Part shown: positions 22,390-35,160 of the stretch, in pieces
Position numbering within the stretch: position 1 is the stretch's first letter
Layout of the letters: each line of letters opens with the position of its first letter
Assembly: GCA_035084275.1 (NCBI GenBank)
Contig: CM068756.1
Coordinates: forward strand, 14,322,001 to 14,386,000
DNA from: Hydrolagus colliei
Taxonomy: Eukaryota
Length of the DNA stretch: 64,000 bases
Reading direction: 5' to 3'
Notes under the pieces: generated by a model
What the model was told of the DNA's origin: nothing
Seen by the model: the letters and a program-made list of their open reading frames with translations, nothing else
Databases searched by the model: none
Translations under genes and position numbers: made by a program

Positions 22390-23760
22390 CCTTCATCACT
22401 CCTATCTTTAAAAAGCCCTGCCTGACCTCATTCTTGCTCTGATTCTACCATCCCATCTACGGTCTCCCTTTCCTTTCCAAAGTCCAGGAACAAGTGATTC
22501 ACTCTTTCCTTTCTTGCTGCTCCTTTCACAAATCCCTGCAACTGGGTTTCCATGCTGCCCACAGTGCAGAGACAGCCCTGTTCCAAGTGACAAATGGCAT
22601 TCTGTCCATGTGACCGAAGCTCCATCTGCCTTCTTGTACACCTTGACCTCTCTGCTGCCTTTCACACCGTTGACCACACTATAGTTATCGACCACAACTC
22701 CTACCACCTCAATCTCACATTTCTATCCTTGAATGGTTCAGATGGTTCACACAATCTCCTCTTTCCCTCCTGAAATGGTATCTGCTCCAGCCGCGCATCA
22801 TTATGTGCGGCATTCCTCATGGCTGTGTCTTTGGTCCCCATGTCTTCACTATCTTTGTCTATATGCTGCCTCTTGGTGTCACCATTCTCAGACATAGGGT
22901 CAACATCCACATCTATGTGGATGACACCCAATTCTGCCGCTCTGCTTCCACCCTTCACTCTATCAGGATCACTGCTTTCCTGACAGAACATCTGGTAGAT
23001 ATCAAGTCCTGGATGAGAGGTAACTTTCTTCAGTTAAACATGAAGAATATGGAGGCTCCCCTGATTGGCTCCCTTCAGCACATTCACAACTCAGGCACTG
23101 ACAGCAGCACCATCCATGGATGCACACGCAATCTTATTAAGCTAATCCGGAACCTTGGCATCTTCCTTGAATCTATGCTACGGCCTTTTCTGTCTTCCAC
23201 CACCTTCACAACATCACCCAGGTCTGCTACTGTCTCACACAACAGGCTGCCAAAATCATAATATATGCATACATAACACCCAAGCTTGACTATGCAAACA
23301 CATTGCTTGTCAACATCCCCAAATCCTCCCTCCACAGGCTGCAAGATCATCGCAATATCTGGCGCTCATGTCCTCTCATGCATGAGGATCTATGACCATA
23401 TCACCTCTACACTCACCCAAATCCAGTGCTTCTTATCACACAAGGGATATATAATATCATTGTCCGCAGCTTCAAAGCCCTCCAGGGCCTTCTCCTCCAT
23501 ACCTCTGTGACATCCTAACCCCATACAAACTTGCCAATATCATCCACTCAATGGGCTCCGGCCTACTTCATGTCCCCCGCTTGCCCACCCCATCATTTAT
23601 GGGTGGCCCTTTAGCTATGCTGCCCACAAACTCTGAAACTCCACCATCTTTTGCTTCCATTGTGGTCAAATTCAAGACCCTTGTTTTTGACTGTGCTTTT
23701 GATCACCCTGCTTCCTACCTGCCATCCCCAACCCCAACCCCTGCTTGGTTCCAAAACACT
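22390..23760 (+). mobile_element. Old L2 LINE fragment
   Basis: Degenerate RT (GIPHGCVFGP, YVDDTQ) in broken frames. Confidence 0.8.
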
Positions 23761-24088
23761 GACTATCCAGCAGCTTGGTATGTCCTCCTGACGTGACAGA
23801 TACTACACAATCGCAACTTTGTTGTTGCTCTTGTTGTCTATCCTATTTGTGCATCCTGGCGCACATTCGTTTACCTATTCTCTCTTTATGTGAATATATT
23901 TAGCACTGCGATGTTACCAATTGAGTACGGTTCATTAATACCTGTGATCTTATGTACCGCATGCATATGGATTTAATTCAAATGTGATTTTGATCAGAGT
24001 CAATAGTATTCCTTTGGCAATACTCAAAATATGCACAGAGTTTCTTCTTGTGTCATGACCAACAATTTCAGCCAAACAATTTTTGATT

Positions 24089-25542
24089 CATAAGAACATA
24101 AGAAATAGAAGCAGGAGTAAGGCCATTCAGCCCACAGAGCCTGCCCCACCATTCAATCATGGCTGATATTCTACTCTAACTACAGCTGCCTGCTTTATCC
24201 CCATACCACTTAATCGCTTTATAAATGAGAATTCTATCTAACTCAGTCTTGAATATGTTCAAGGACTGAGCATCAACAGCCCTTTTGGGTAAAGAATTCC
24301 ATACATTCACCAGCCTCTGAGTGAAGAAGCTTTTTCTCAACTCAGTGTGAAAGGGCTGACCCCTAACTTTAAGACTGTGAGCCCTGGTTTTAGATTCTCC
24401 AACCAAGGGAAACAATCTCCCATTATCTACTTTGTCCCCCCCCTTAATAATCTTATAGTTTCTATAAGATTCCCTCTAATTTTTCTATATTCCAGAGAAT
24501 ATAGGCCCAAATTAATCATCATAACTCATCCTCCTCATTCCAGGTACTAACCTAGTAAACCTACGCTGCACTCCTGCTGCAAATACATCCTTCCTTAAAT
24601 AAGAGACCAAAACTGCATAGTATTCCAGATGTGGTCTCACCAGTGCCCTATACAGCTGCAGCAAGACTTCTCTACTCTTATACTCTAACCCTTTCATAAT
24701 GAAAGCTCACATACCGTTAGCCTTCCTAATTGTCTGCTGCACCTGCATACTAACTTTCTGTGTTTGATGTACAGGACACCCAAGTCCCTCTGCATGCTAA
24801 CACTTTCCAATCTCTCCCCCTCTAAAAAATAATCTGCTCTGAAGTTTTTGCGATTTAGGTGGATGACTTCGCACTTCCCTACCTTATACTTCATCTGCCA
24901 ACTACCTGCCCACTCACCTACCCTATCTATATCTCGCTAAATTTTTTGAATGTCATCCTTGCTATTAAGACTTCCTCCTAGTTTCATATCATCAGCAAAT
25001 TTAGTTATAGTAAGCTCGATGTGCTTATCTAGATCATTGATGTATATGGTAAATAGCTGAGGCCCAAGGACTGGTCCTTGTGGCACTCCACTAGTCACAT
25101 CCGCCAATCTGAGAAAGACCCGTTTATCCCTACTCTTTGTTTCTTACCCGTTAACCATTCCCTAATCCATGTTAATATGTTCCCCCCAATTCCGTAAGCC
25201 CCTATCTTTTGGATCAACCTTTTTTGCGGCACCTTATCGAATGCCTTCTGGAAGTCCAAATAGACTACATCCACTGATTCACCCCTATCTAGTTTACTTG
25301 AAATATCCTCAAAAAATTCAATGAGATTTGTCAAACATGACTTCCCTTTTGTAAAGCAATGTTGAGCTGGCCTAATTATATCGCGCTCCCCTAAATACCC
25401 CACTAAAACATCCTTAATCAAGGATTCTAACATTTGTTGCTATCACTGATGTCAGACTAACTGGCCTATAGTTCCCCATCTTTTCCTTTCCACCCTTTTT
25501 CAATATTGATGTGACATTTTCTATCTTCCAATCCATGGAATC
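24089..25542 (-). mobile_element. CR1 LINE 3' portion with TSD tttgatt
   Basis: RT fragments ([18 protein letters not shown]). 3' tail cataagaacataagaaatag. tttgatt at 24082-24088 and 25543-25549. Confidence 0.9.
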
Positions 25543-26499
25543 TTTGATTGCTGTTTGTCATTGCTATGTACAATTGGCTTACAATTGGTATGGTGTATGT
25601 TCTGAAAGGATGAGATTGGATAGGCCAAAGTGCTTTTTCTGACAAATCCAAGCTATAAATGTATTTTTTTTTTTAAAAAGCTTTGCGTTAAACAGGCACT
25701 CAAGTGTGCAAAACACACACAGCTAAAACACCATCTCATGTAATAAGAATGCATATCTGTTGTTCGATAAATAATGAAATATTGCGCACAGTAGTTATAG
25801 CCACTTTGTTACTAATGGAACAGTCTAATTGATGGTAAATTTTCTGCAGCGATGGCAGAAGTGAAACTTATCTACGTTTTGGAGGGTTAGACTGTAAATC
25901 CTAGATGTTCTGCACAAAACATTCGACAGGATATGATTCATGAACTCGTTGTGGATCTTAAGAGTAGTAATGATCATGCTAATGGAGCTCACGTTTGAGC
26001 AATAGGTCACTTACTTGGCATTTAAGGCTGATCAATGTTGAGCGCATGGTGAAACCAAGATTGTTCAATGGAGAGAAGAACAAAAGGTATTATTCTTGTG
26101 TTTTTCTGAATCACAAAGGGGCAATTAGGCCCAAACCAAATACCCAAATGGCTGAAGCAGAATCCAGCCTGTACAGTGCTCCGGTCTGATTACTATTGTA
26201 TAGCAGTAGATAGCTTGACTATTGGATATTGGTGTTGTCACTGTGACATATTTTGGCTGCCCAAGCAGCAATGCAGAGTAAAGCAATGGGAATGATCCCC
26301 AGGATTAGAGAAATGCGTTTTGAGAGATGATCAAATTATGAATAGGTTGAGGAAAAGTAAACCCAGATCACTAATTTAGGTTATAACAAAACAGCAGAAT
26401 AAGAGGACATAGGTGTAGAGTTGCATGGGCAATATCAAGACAGATACCAGACTCCAACTGTGAGAGATGCTGGACTTAATCAAATCAAAAATTGGAATG

Positions 26500-28025
26500 A
26501 GTCATTCAGCCACCTCTACCCCATTCTCCACTACCTCCCCACTACCTTTCCCCCAGGATCCATCTTACTCCCAGCACCCACTATATATCTTCCACCCTAT
26601 CTCCCCCCACCACCTTCTCTGCTCTCCTCCGCAAAATGAAACACACTACCTGCTCCATTGACCCCATCTCCACTTCTCTCTTCATCTCCCAGCTTCATCT
26701 CTTAGCCTCCTCCTAACTGAAGTCATCAACCTCTCCCTATCTACTCTCCCCACCCCTCTAAAACCTGCTGTCATCACATCCATCTTAAAAAAAACCTTCT
26801 CGCAACTCATCCCTACTCTAAGCTATCGCCTCATCTCCATCTTCCCATTCCTCTCCAAAGCTCTGGAATAAGTAATTGCTTCCCAGCTTCGCTCCTTTCT
26901 CACCCACCAATCCCTCCTCCAACACCTTCAATCTGGTTTCTGTGCTACTCACAGCATGGAGATAGCACAGGTGAAAGTCTCTAATGACCAGGTCTCTATC
27001 TGCCTCCTTGTCCTCCTTGACCTCTCCATCATCTTCAACACTGTCAAACATTCCATCCTCCTATCCCCCCTCGTCAATCTCCGAAGAACTGTGCTTGCCT
27101 GGTTTGACTCCTACCTCTCTCATCCCATACACTTTGTCACCACTAATGGTTTCTCTTCCAGCCCCCCCACCCCACTGTCATCTGTGGGGTCCCCCAGGGT
27201 CTGTCCTTGGCCCCTTACTTTTCAACATCCAAATGCTCCCACGTGGTGATATCATCTGCAGAGGTGGGGTTAACTTCCACATGTATGTGGATGACACCCA
27301 ACTCTACCCCTCTGCCTGTACCTTCGACTCCAGGACTACCACTGTCTTGACAGACTGTCTGTCAGACATCAAGTCCTTGATGAGAGCTAACTTTCTACGG
27401 TTGAATGTCAACAAGACAAATGCCCAGTTAATCAGTAGATTAGCTCGCGCCAGCACCTTCCTGCATCATTAACCTCCATGGTTGCACACTTAACCTTTCC
27501 AGGCCAGTCAGGAACCCAGATGTCTTGTTCAATCCTCAACTGTCTTACCTCCCCCCACATTCCAAGCAATAACTCATTCTACCTTTCCCCATCTCTGCAA
27601 AATTCCCCAAGTCTGCAATCCCTTAATTCCCTCCACAACCTCGCTCCACCCTGCATTTGTGACCTCGTATACCCTTACCAATGAGCCCGCCCCCTCCACT
27701 CTTAGCAGGCTCTGGCCTGCTCCACATCCCCGTCCCACCTTCCCATCTTTGGCAGGCAAGTCTTTACCCACTCTCCTTCAACCTCTGGAACTCCATCCTG
27801 CAGTCGCTCTGCCTCGTTCCCTCCCTGGTCTCCTTCAATTCTTGCCTTAAGACACTCCTCTTTGATGTGCCTATTGGTAACTCCTAATCCCCCCTTCCCA
27901 CCTCCCCTCTCCCCCCACCCACCCCCATCCACAGCTTGGATCTCAAGCAATGGCTGTACAGCGCCTTGGGACGTCCTCCTGATGTGATAGAGGACCGGTG
28001 TACACAGGTGTAATTTTGTTGTTGT
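26500..28025 (+). mobile_element. Old L2 LINE fragment
   Basis: [18 protein letters not shown] motifs and a ttgttg tail. Confidence 0.8.
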
Positions 28026-28159
28026 TGTTCATTATCACTGCAGTTAAAATTGGAATTGGAATAGGTTGGAAAGAAAGTTGGTCAACATCATGAGGCCAAC
28101 ATCATGAGGCCATGTCATTTGAAAACACAATTGGAAGCTGTGATGGTGGAATGGTACAA

Positions 28160-28590
28160 CAACAACAACAAAATTACACTTATTGAGCGCGTTTCATGTC
28201 GGAAGAATGATCCAAGGCGCTGAGCAGTGAGATCGGAACCTGAGCAAGGGAGAGGGAGCAGGATAGGGGGTAGGGTGGGAAAGAGTTAGGAGTGGAGGGA
28301 GAGAGCTGGAAGGGCAGCAGGAGGCATGGTAGAAAAGGAGGGTCTTACGACCGGACTTGAAGGACGTGATGGAGAGAGCGAGGCCAAGGGACTGTGGGAT
28401 GGAGTTCCAGAGTGTTGAGGCAGAAACGCTGAAAGCCCGTCCACTGATGGTAGGGCAGGTCGGGCGGGGACAAGGAGCATCCTGGAGAGCGCTGAATGGA
28501 AAGGGGTGAGGATGTTCTTAGGGGTATAGCAGGTCATAGAGGTAGGGGGCAGCGAGGCTGTGAATGGCCTTGAAGGTGAGGAGCCGGGTG
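28160..28590 (-). mobile_element. L2 LINE 3' fragment
   Basis: Reverse complement of the L2 3' end with caacaacaac tail at about 28157-28170. Confidence 0.8.
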
Positions 28591-29557
28591 GGAGTGATGT
28601 TGTCACAGAGAGTGTTGCGGCTAGAGTGGGTGTTCTGTAAGATTATATCAGATATACCAATGGGCCTTCTTCAGTTTAGACAATTAAAACTTTTTTTTAA
28701 GTTTGCGTTATATGGACACTATCACCACAGCTACAACAGAAGCTTACATAGTAAGAATGGAAATCTGTTGTTACATCAACAACAAAATATATTCCGCAGG
28801 ATGAGGCTTTAAAGGTGTTACTTTACTGCAATCGGAACAGCGTAATTGATGGAAAATGTTCATAACCCGCAGTCCATATATTATCTGAGAGCGTGAGACT
28901 CTTATAAAGGAATTATCGTTTGACATTTACAAAAACAGCAGAACGGTTGGGGGTTTAACGCTGAGTTGTTTCATGTCAGATCTATTTTTATCGGATATGT
29001 GAATATTTCAACACCCACGCTTCAAATTTTTTTTACTACTTGACTATTGTGCAACATATTGTTGAGCAACTTTTAAGTCAGCCCTTACTGAGTGTTGCTT
29101 CATTAATACTGAAGAGATAGAGGGACACGATGAGACTGGTTTATACAACTTGCGTTTTATTGAAAGGCTGATTGTTCATGAGACACAGCAGTTCCTCTTG
29201 TTGCAATAGCTAACGAGCTACTTTTAATCAAATAATTCAGTAGTTACCTTTAAGGATTGATCAGATTTACCGTGAATACATATAGGCAATTAAGCATTGC
29301 ATTGCACACAGCATACGTGTACTGTAAGCAACATTTTCCAAGAAATTTCTGGAGAGCGTATAATGTAATGTACAAATAAATGCAATTATGGTTGAAACAG
29401 GTAAATAGAACAGCAGCACAGGACTAATGTTCACGATATTCACTATGTACATATAATATACAACAATATCAGTATCTATCTCTGATGCATTCTTAGATCT
29501 TGGTTCCCTGAAGATAACGGCGGCTTCTTCACTGTGGTTTCTCGCATGGAGATCTGC

Positions 29558-29632
29558 TTACTCTGTATTCTTAACGGGAGTCAAATTCAACATGACATAA
29601 GCCGCCGCCTCATTTTCTACTTCGAGCATCAT
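29558..29632 (-). CDS. Gene 3 terminal cytoplasmic exon (MMLEVENEAAAYVMLNLTPVKNTE*)
   Basis: ttttatag acceptor; Tyr at codon 12 as in gene 2 exons A and B. Conserved AATAAA (minus) at 29156-29161. Confidence 0.62.
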   Translation of the reverse strand: MMLEVENEAAAYVMLNLTPVKNTE

Positions 29633-30329
29633 CTATAAAACATAATGCACAATAACAAAACAGTTTATTTGTGGAACATCCTTTATGTCGAGACTACATC
29701 CCAGGGCCCTGATAGATTGTTGCCTTCACTGTTCTCGAGATTGCTGTGTATGTAATCTTTGGAAAACTCATAAATTTAAAACATTGCAAATATTTAATAA
29801 GTAAACTTACAGTTTTATTGAAAACTCTGTTAAAAATGACACGACACTTCATATTTGAATGATACATTAAATCCGAGCATTTGCGCGTAGAGAATATATT
29901 TTAAATATTCCTATATATTTATGGTGAACAGTATTTTTCCATTGCAACAACCCTGAGTTCAGATTAAATATGTGCTGAAGAACAATTAATGAAGGCACTG
30001 GCTCTTCGCAATGGCACAATCCCTTCTGGTTTATGTGTGGGCCTTTGAAAGAAATTCAATAAATGAAGTACTGTATACACTTTTGGTTATGTATCGCACA
30101 GCCCAAATGTAAAGGATTTAGAAGCTCACAAGCTGCCTGTCTGTTTTTCTATAAAAAAAACTAAACTCCATCCCAGAGCCCCTCGAATTCTGCCTTTCCC
30201 GCTACTGCTTAAAAATCTTTGATGAAACAATCAGGAGAATAGATAGTTGAGGGTATAAAATATAAAACCAATAGGTAAAACAGTATAACTTTATATAAAT
30301 CGGCAGTGACACAGTTGGAATAATGTATC

Positions 30330-30600
30330 CAGGATTGTTTATTTTGCTTAGGAAATTTACCAGAATGATAACGGGGAAGATACATTTGCCATATGAGCAC
30401 AGACTGGATGATGTAGAACGTTTCGCCTTGGAACACAGGCGGTTGAGTGTGGACCTGATAGAGATCTATAAAATCATGAGTTGCGTTGATAGAGTCGATG
30501 GAGAGTTTATTTCAAGTGGAAAGTGAGCTAGCAAACATGCAAAAGTGTTGAAACTCTTTAACACACAACGAGTAGTTAGGTTATACAATCCATCTCGGGA
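30330..30600 (+). mobile_element. CR1 LINE 3' fragment
   Basis: LPYEHRL...LEHRRLSVDLIEIYKIM resembles the CR1 ORF2 C-terminus. Confidence 0.65.
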
Positions 30601-31425
30601 TTGCACAACCTATAGGGGTTGCTGAAGTATAGGGGAGAGGTAGTTAATCTAAATCTATCTCAAGATGTATCTTTTTGACCTCAGTTAAAGTCATTTTTCT
30701 TATCCCCACTACCCTATCCCACCACCAGCTGAGGAGCCTGGCCAGTAGTATAAAGCGCTTTGGGATTTCCTCCAGACTTGAATCGCGCTATATAAATGTA
30801 TTTCTGTGCTGTACTGTTAAATGTCGCCATAATTTACAATAACCTCTTAGAATTTTACACCTGCATTTCTATTGATACCTGATACTATGCTCCGTTTATA
30901 TAAATAATCTGCATTTGGGTTTATAGGGCACAATTTCCAAGTTGGCTAAAGAGACAAAAATGAATCATTGAAGAGATATCAAGACTGGTAGATTGGACAG
31001 ACAGATTATATATTAAACGTAGAAAAGTGCGGTTGTATATTTGGGGATTTGCAATCGGGTCTGGCAGCGGGCTGCGGGTTCAGTGGCCCAGGCATCATAT
31101 GTACTTTACATTATGAAACATTATCTACACATAGTTTGTAAAACAAATTAATTGTAGCGCTTTGTGCAAAAAAAGACAGATTAGTGGGATGTGGACTATT
31201 TAAAGATTAATGAGAGACACTGTAGGGTGAATGGTCTTCTGTTCTGTACACTTCTATGGTTGTACCACAGTAGATTTCAGACATGCGTTGCATGGAAATT
31301 TCTGATTAATCATGAAGCTAAATATATGTAGAGGGACATTCTGTGAAGACATTGGCCTTTGTGAATTGATCGCATCATATTAATCATTGGAACTGCTTTG
31401 CACGATTTTCCTCAGATTTTCTCAC

Positions 31426-31454
31426 CTTGTCCCCACCCCCCCAGACTATCAAAC
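31426..31454 (-). CDS. Candidate short cytoplasmic exon of gene 3
   Basis: aacag acceptor and AAG|gtgag donor; 29 nt, phase 1 to 0 (GLIVWGGGDK) would join TM to the terminal exon in frame. The upstream intron is only 70 nt and an alternative AG lies 7 nt upstream. Confidence 0.35.
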
Positions 31455-31524
31455 CTGTTAACTGAATTGTTGTATTCAATTATATATTTACATTCATATT
31501 AACTAAAATAGGAATGAATCTTAC

Positions 31525-31638
31525 CGTTCCTTTTTTTCAAATTGCATTGATTCCCAATGATGATCAAAAGCAGCAGAAATACCAGGCCTCCCCCTACACA
31601 TCCAGCGATCAGTAGGTAGTCAGTCTGAGAGTAATTCT
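31525..31638 (-). CDS. Gene 3 transmembrane exon
   Basis: ttcttgcag acceptor and G|gtaag donor; 114 nt. YLLIAGCVGGGLVFLLLLIIIG then NQCNLKKRN; same length as the gene 2 TM exon. Confidence 0.9.
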
Positions 31639-31972
31639 CTGCAAGAACATCATAAACTGAGTGTCAGTGATCCCAGCAATGTATTTGTTTTTCAGTAATA
31701 GCAATCATGTAGAACACAGGAATTTAACATATACATTTGATAATCTCACTTCTAATTGAACAGAATCCAAGAGTTTGAAGGTTGATGAGTTTTTTTAAGA
31801 GTCTTCTAGGGGACTAGTATGAATATGTGAATCTGATTTGATATATATTTCTATGGAGTATATGGACAGAAAATGATATGATTCTCCATTGTCTTCAGTA
31901 CAAATAAAAATGAAATATTTTCCAATGATAATCTAGCTAACAGCAAGTCATTGTAGGATATCTGTAAATTAC

Positions 31973-32266
31973 CTGTGATGGGTTTCGAAATGATGTAGAC
32001 GCCAATCACTGGAGTGGTGAGGGCGACGTGCTTTGCCACACAGGTATAAACAACCCCGCTCTGTACAGGTTGTGTGTCTTCCATATCAACTTCGAAAAGT
32101 CCATCTGATTTTCTCTTTTTTGTCAGATTTGTCCCAGTAATAATTTCAATGTCGTCTTTATACCAAGTGAGCGTTATATCCTCCGGATAAAACCCAGCCG
32201 TTTTACACACAAGAGTCTGAGGTGTCAACGAATCTCTGGGGAATATCTTTGGCGAAGTCGGGGGGA
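31973..32266 (-). CDS. Gene 3 C1-set Ig exon
   Basis: cctacag acceptor and G|gtaat donor; 294 nt. LVCKTAGFYPEDITLTWYKD...DGLFEV...YTCVAKHVAL. Confidence 0.93.
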
Positions 32267-32689
32267 CTGTAGGACAGACAATGGAGGAGAATTGCATTAC
32301 TTTTGATCAGTTGGAATGTACAACTTTATTCCCATTTGAATTGTATATGAAATCTTTCCCTGCAACAGTATAAGAGGAAAAGTCCTCCGAGACTCTAACC
32401 ATGTGAGGGCGCAATTCAAATGTTGTTAGAACAAGGAATCTGGATTATAACGGAAAGAGACTGATCCTTTTTTTTTAAACAATGTTTAGGGCAGCAAATG
32501 ATAAAAGATGCAGGAGTTCCAGCCGTTATTCAGCCGAGTAATAGGTGGATGAAAGGACTTAGGTACGATGATAAAATGGGTAAACATGGTGTATATTTGA
32601 TGGATTTGGGAAGAGTGGCAGGTAATTTTATTGAGCTGTCAACGAATGCCAAAGTATTGCAGGATGCATAATTTTGATAGAAAACAATA

Positions 32690-33110
32690 ACAACAACAAA
32701 ATTGCACTTGTATCAGCGCTTTTCACATTGGGAGGACGTCCCAAAGCGCTGAACAACCTGGTCGGGACCCGAACAGAGGGGGGAGGGTCGGGGGAGGGGG
32801 AAGAGTTAGTGGAGTGGCTGAAGGCGCGGTTGAAGAGGAAGGTCTTGAGACCGGCCTTGAAGGAGGAAAGGGAGGAAGCAAGGTGGAGCGGCTGCTGGAT
32901 AGATTTCCACAGTGCGGGAGCAGAGAGGCTGGAAGCCCGGCCGCCGATGGTTGGGCGGTTAGGGCGATGGACGCGGAGCAAGCCTGAGTCTGCTGAACGG
33001 AGGGTGTGGGCGGCTGATAGGGAGACAGTAGGTCAGAGATAGGTGGGGGCAAGGCCGTGAATGGCCTTGAAAGTGAGGACGAGGATCTTGAATACGATCT
33101 TGAATTAGAC
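32690..33110 (-). mobile_element. L2 LINE 3' fragment in gene 3 V-C1 intron
   Basis: RPTIGGRASSLSAPALW...FKAGLKTFLF matches the L2 ORF2 C-terminus. Confidence 0.85.
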
Positions 33111-33679
33111 GGGTAAAAATACCAAGGTATCCAACTGTCAAATTTTGGCTGAACCTATTAGATGTGAATAGTTCTACTCACATGCAGTTCAGTGAAATTA
33201 TGAAATTATGGAATCCACTCCGGTAAGTGGCTTTAAACGCCAATTAAAGTTTGATATTCAAAATGGAGAGATAGGGGTTTGAAAGAGGATTGAAAGTGGC
33301 GCGTGAAATAGAATTAAATATTCTGCCACCATTCTTGAGCAATAATAATCTACATGACTATGAACCATAGAATAGTATCCTGGAGAAAACTGGAAATTGC
33401 ATTAAAATTAGAGAGAAAGCAAAATCTCTCCATTCACACCAAGATTTATTCTGTTCTGATTTTTTTTTAATTTCGTAAGTTTCCAACCAATTTTGAATGA
33501 TTAGAGTAGAGCATTCAAAATAACTTAAGGACTGATTGTGGGACATTGTTTCACGTAGATATTTGAGGGCATCTCATATTGTCTACCTGTTTTTAAACAT
33601 TTACGTTTCATATAAGTTAGGAAATTGTCAACATCTGGACCAAATAGGGGGAACCTCAAGCCACAGAGCACTCTGTCAC

Positions 33680-33992
33680 AATAATAATAATCCTAGCATT
33701 TGATATAACCCTTTTCTCGTCTATTAAACATCTCAAAGCGCTTCATAGAATATACCATAAAGTGAATTGTCTATATATTTGTGGATGAATCGCAGCAACC
33801 AATTGTGCATTGCGGTATCCCGCAAACATTTGTGGATTGAAATCACCAATTTATTCAAGTTTTTTTTTAGGGATTATTATTAGTCGTGTGGAGTAAGGAA
33901 ACTTGCCAAAGGTTTCGCCCTGTCTGGATTCGAACATAAGGGTCTCACGCTTGTAAGGCGAGCGCTCTATCCACTGAGCTACAGGTCTCCAG
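33680..33992 (-). mobile_element. tRNA-derived SINE
   Basis: Minus strand reads gtagctcagtggatagagcg...gttcgaatccagacagggcgaaacc; same family as 769-1130. Confidence 0.85.
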
Positions 33993-34461
33993 CATGATAT
34001 TGGATTGTCAGTGTACACAGTGATCTTCATGTATTGATGTGGAACAATCTGAATCAATGCGTTCAGGACAGAATTAAATATCAGATAGAATTAAATATCA
34101 TATAGATATTTATGATATTAAATATCATATAAATATCATATAGATTAAATATCATATGATAGCGGTAGGCGGGATACATGCATTTGAAAGCATTGCTTAA
34201 CGCAGCTATAAAGGAACCCAAATTCCCACTTTGCTGAGTGGTATAAACCCGCCGGCTCACATCAGCATAGTAACAAATGGGCAGAATTGTACTAGAAAAA
34301 CATTCTACTGATCAATGTGTTTCGGGTTAAAATCAAATCCGTTCCCGTGTACTGTGCAATCATAGCCTTTTGTGAGAGTTGAAAATTAACCAAATAATTT
34401 ACCCGTAACAATGTCAAATTGTCCCCAATACATTCCCCGTTACTACTCTGTCCACACTTAC

Positions 34462-34761
34462 CATGTACAGTTAAACTTGTTCCAGTTCCATTTCCTGCTA
34501 GTTTCCCCTGATGGATTATTGCACAGTAATAGACTCCGGCGTCGTTGAATTTTACATTTAGAAGTTGGAACGTTTTGCCATCAAATATTTTCCTGTTGTC
34601 AGGTCTTTGATGTAAATAGTCACTCTCTCCTTGCTTCCACCAGTAAAATATTTTATTTGCTTCCTCTTGAAGAGTCTTGCAGGCGAAGGTAATGTTTTCA
34701 CCTTGTATTCCTGTTATTTCTGCAGGATATTGAATCACTTTCATTGTTGCACCACCTGTAA
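34462..34761 (-). CDS. Gene 3 V-set exon with J-like motif
   Basis: ttctcag acceptor and G|gtaagt donor; 300 nt. FAC...YWWKQG...DAGVYYC...GNGTGTSLTV. Confidence 0.93.
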
Positions 34762-34972
34762 CTGAGAAAATAACACACATCGATAACAAGCGATTGTGGA
34801 ATCTACAATTGATTATTATAGAGTGGAAGAAAGGTGAGAAAATAGGTGTAGGGAAGGAGAGAGAGAGAAGGCAGAAGAGAGAGGAAGAACGATGGATGCA
34901 TTCACTTAACATATTTCGAAATTCTTCATCGCTATCGATCTGTATTTAAATGCACTGTTGTGAAACACTTAC

Positions 34973-35012
34973 CTGTGAAGATAATCCCCATTAGAGAAAG
35001 ATAGGGGGACAT
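34973..35012 (-). CDS. Gene 3 leader exon
   Basis: MSPYLSLMGIIFT plus G|gtaagt; 40 nt, phase 1. Confidence 0.78.
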
Positions 35013-35099
35013 ATCACTGGCCACCATTGTGATCAGTTGTTCGGACTCGCTCTGAGCCTCTTGCTGGTGTAACACGGGTTTGCTGGTTGTCTAATATAA

Positions 35100-35160
35100 A
35101 ATAATTGGCAGTGTCATGTGACTTCCTGACAGCGATCAGTTCGATGTGATTTGCAAAGAG
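35100..35160 (-). promoter_or_regulatory. Putative promoter of gene 3
   Basis: gtgacttcctg (ETS core) and gatgtgatttg half-site, as upstream of the other genes. Confidence 0.45.

Noticed and set aside
25995-26189. Short plus-strand ORF ending MAEAESSLYSAPV, with a similar ORF at 60702-60905
   Set aside because: Upstream frames differ among the four paralogous blocks and the 11805 copy stops early; this is explained by segmental duplication, not coding constraint.
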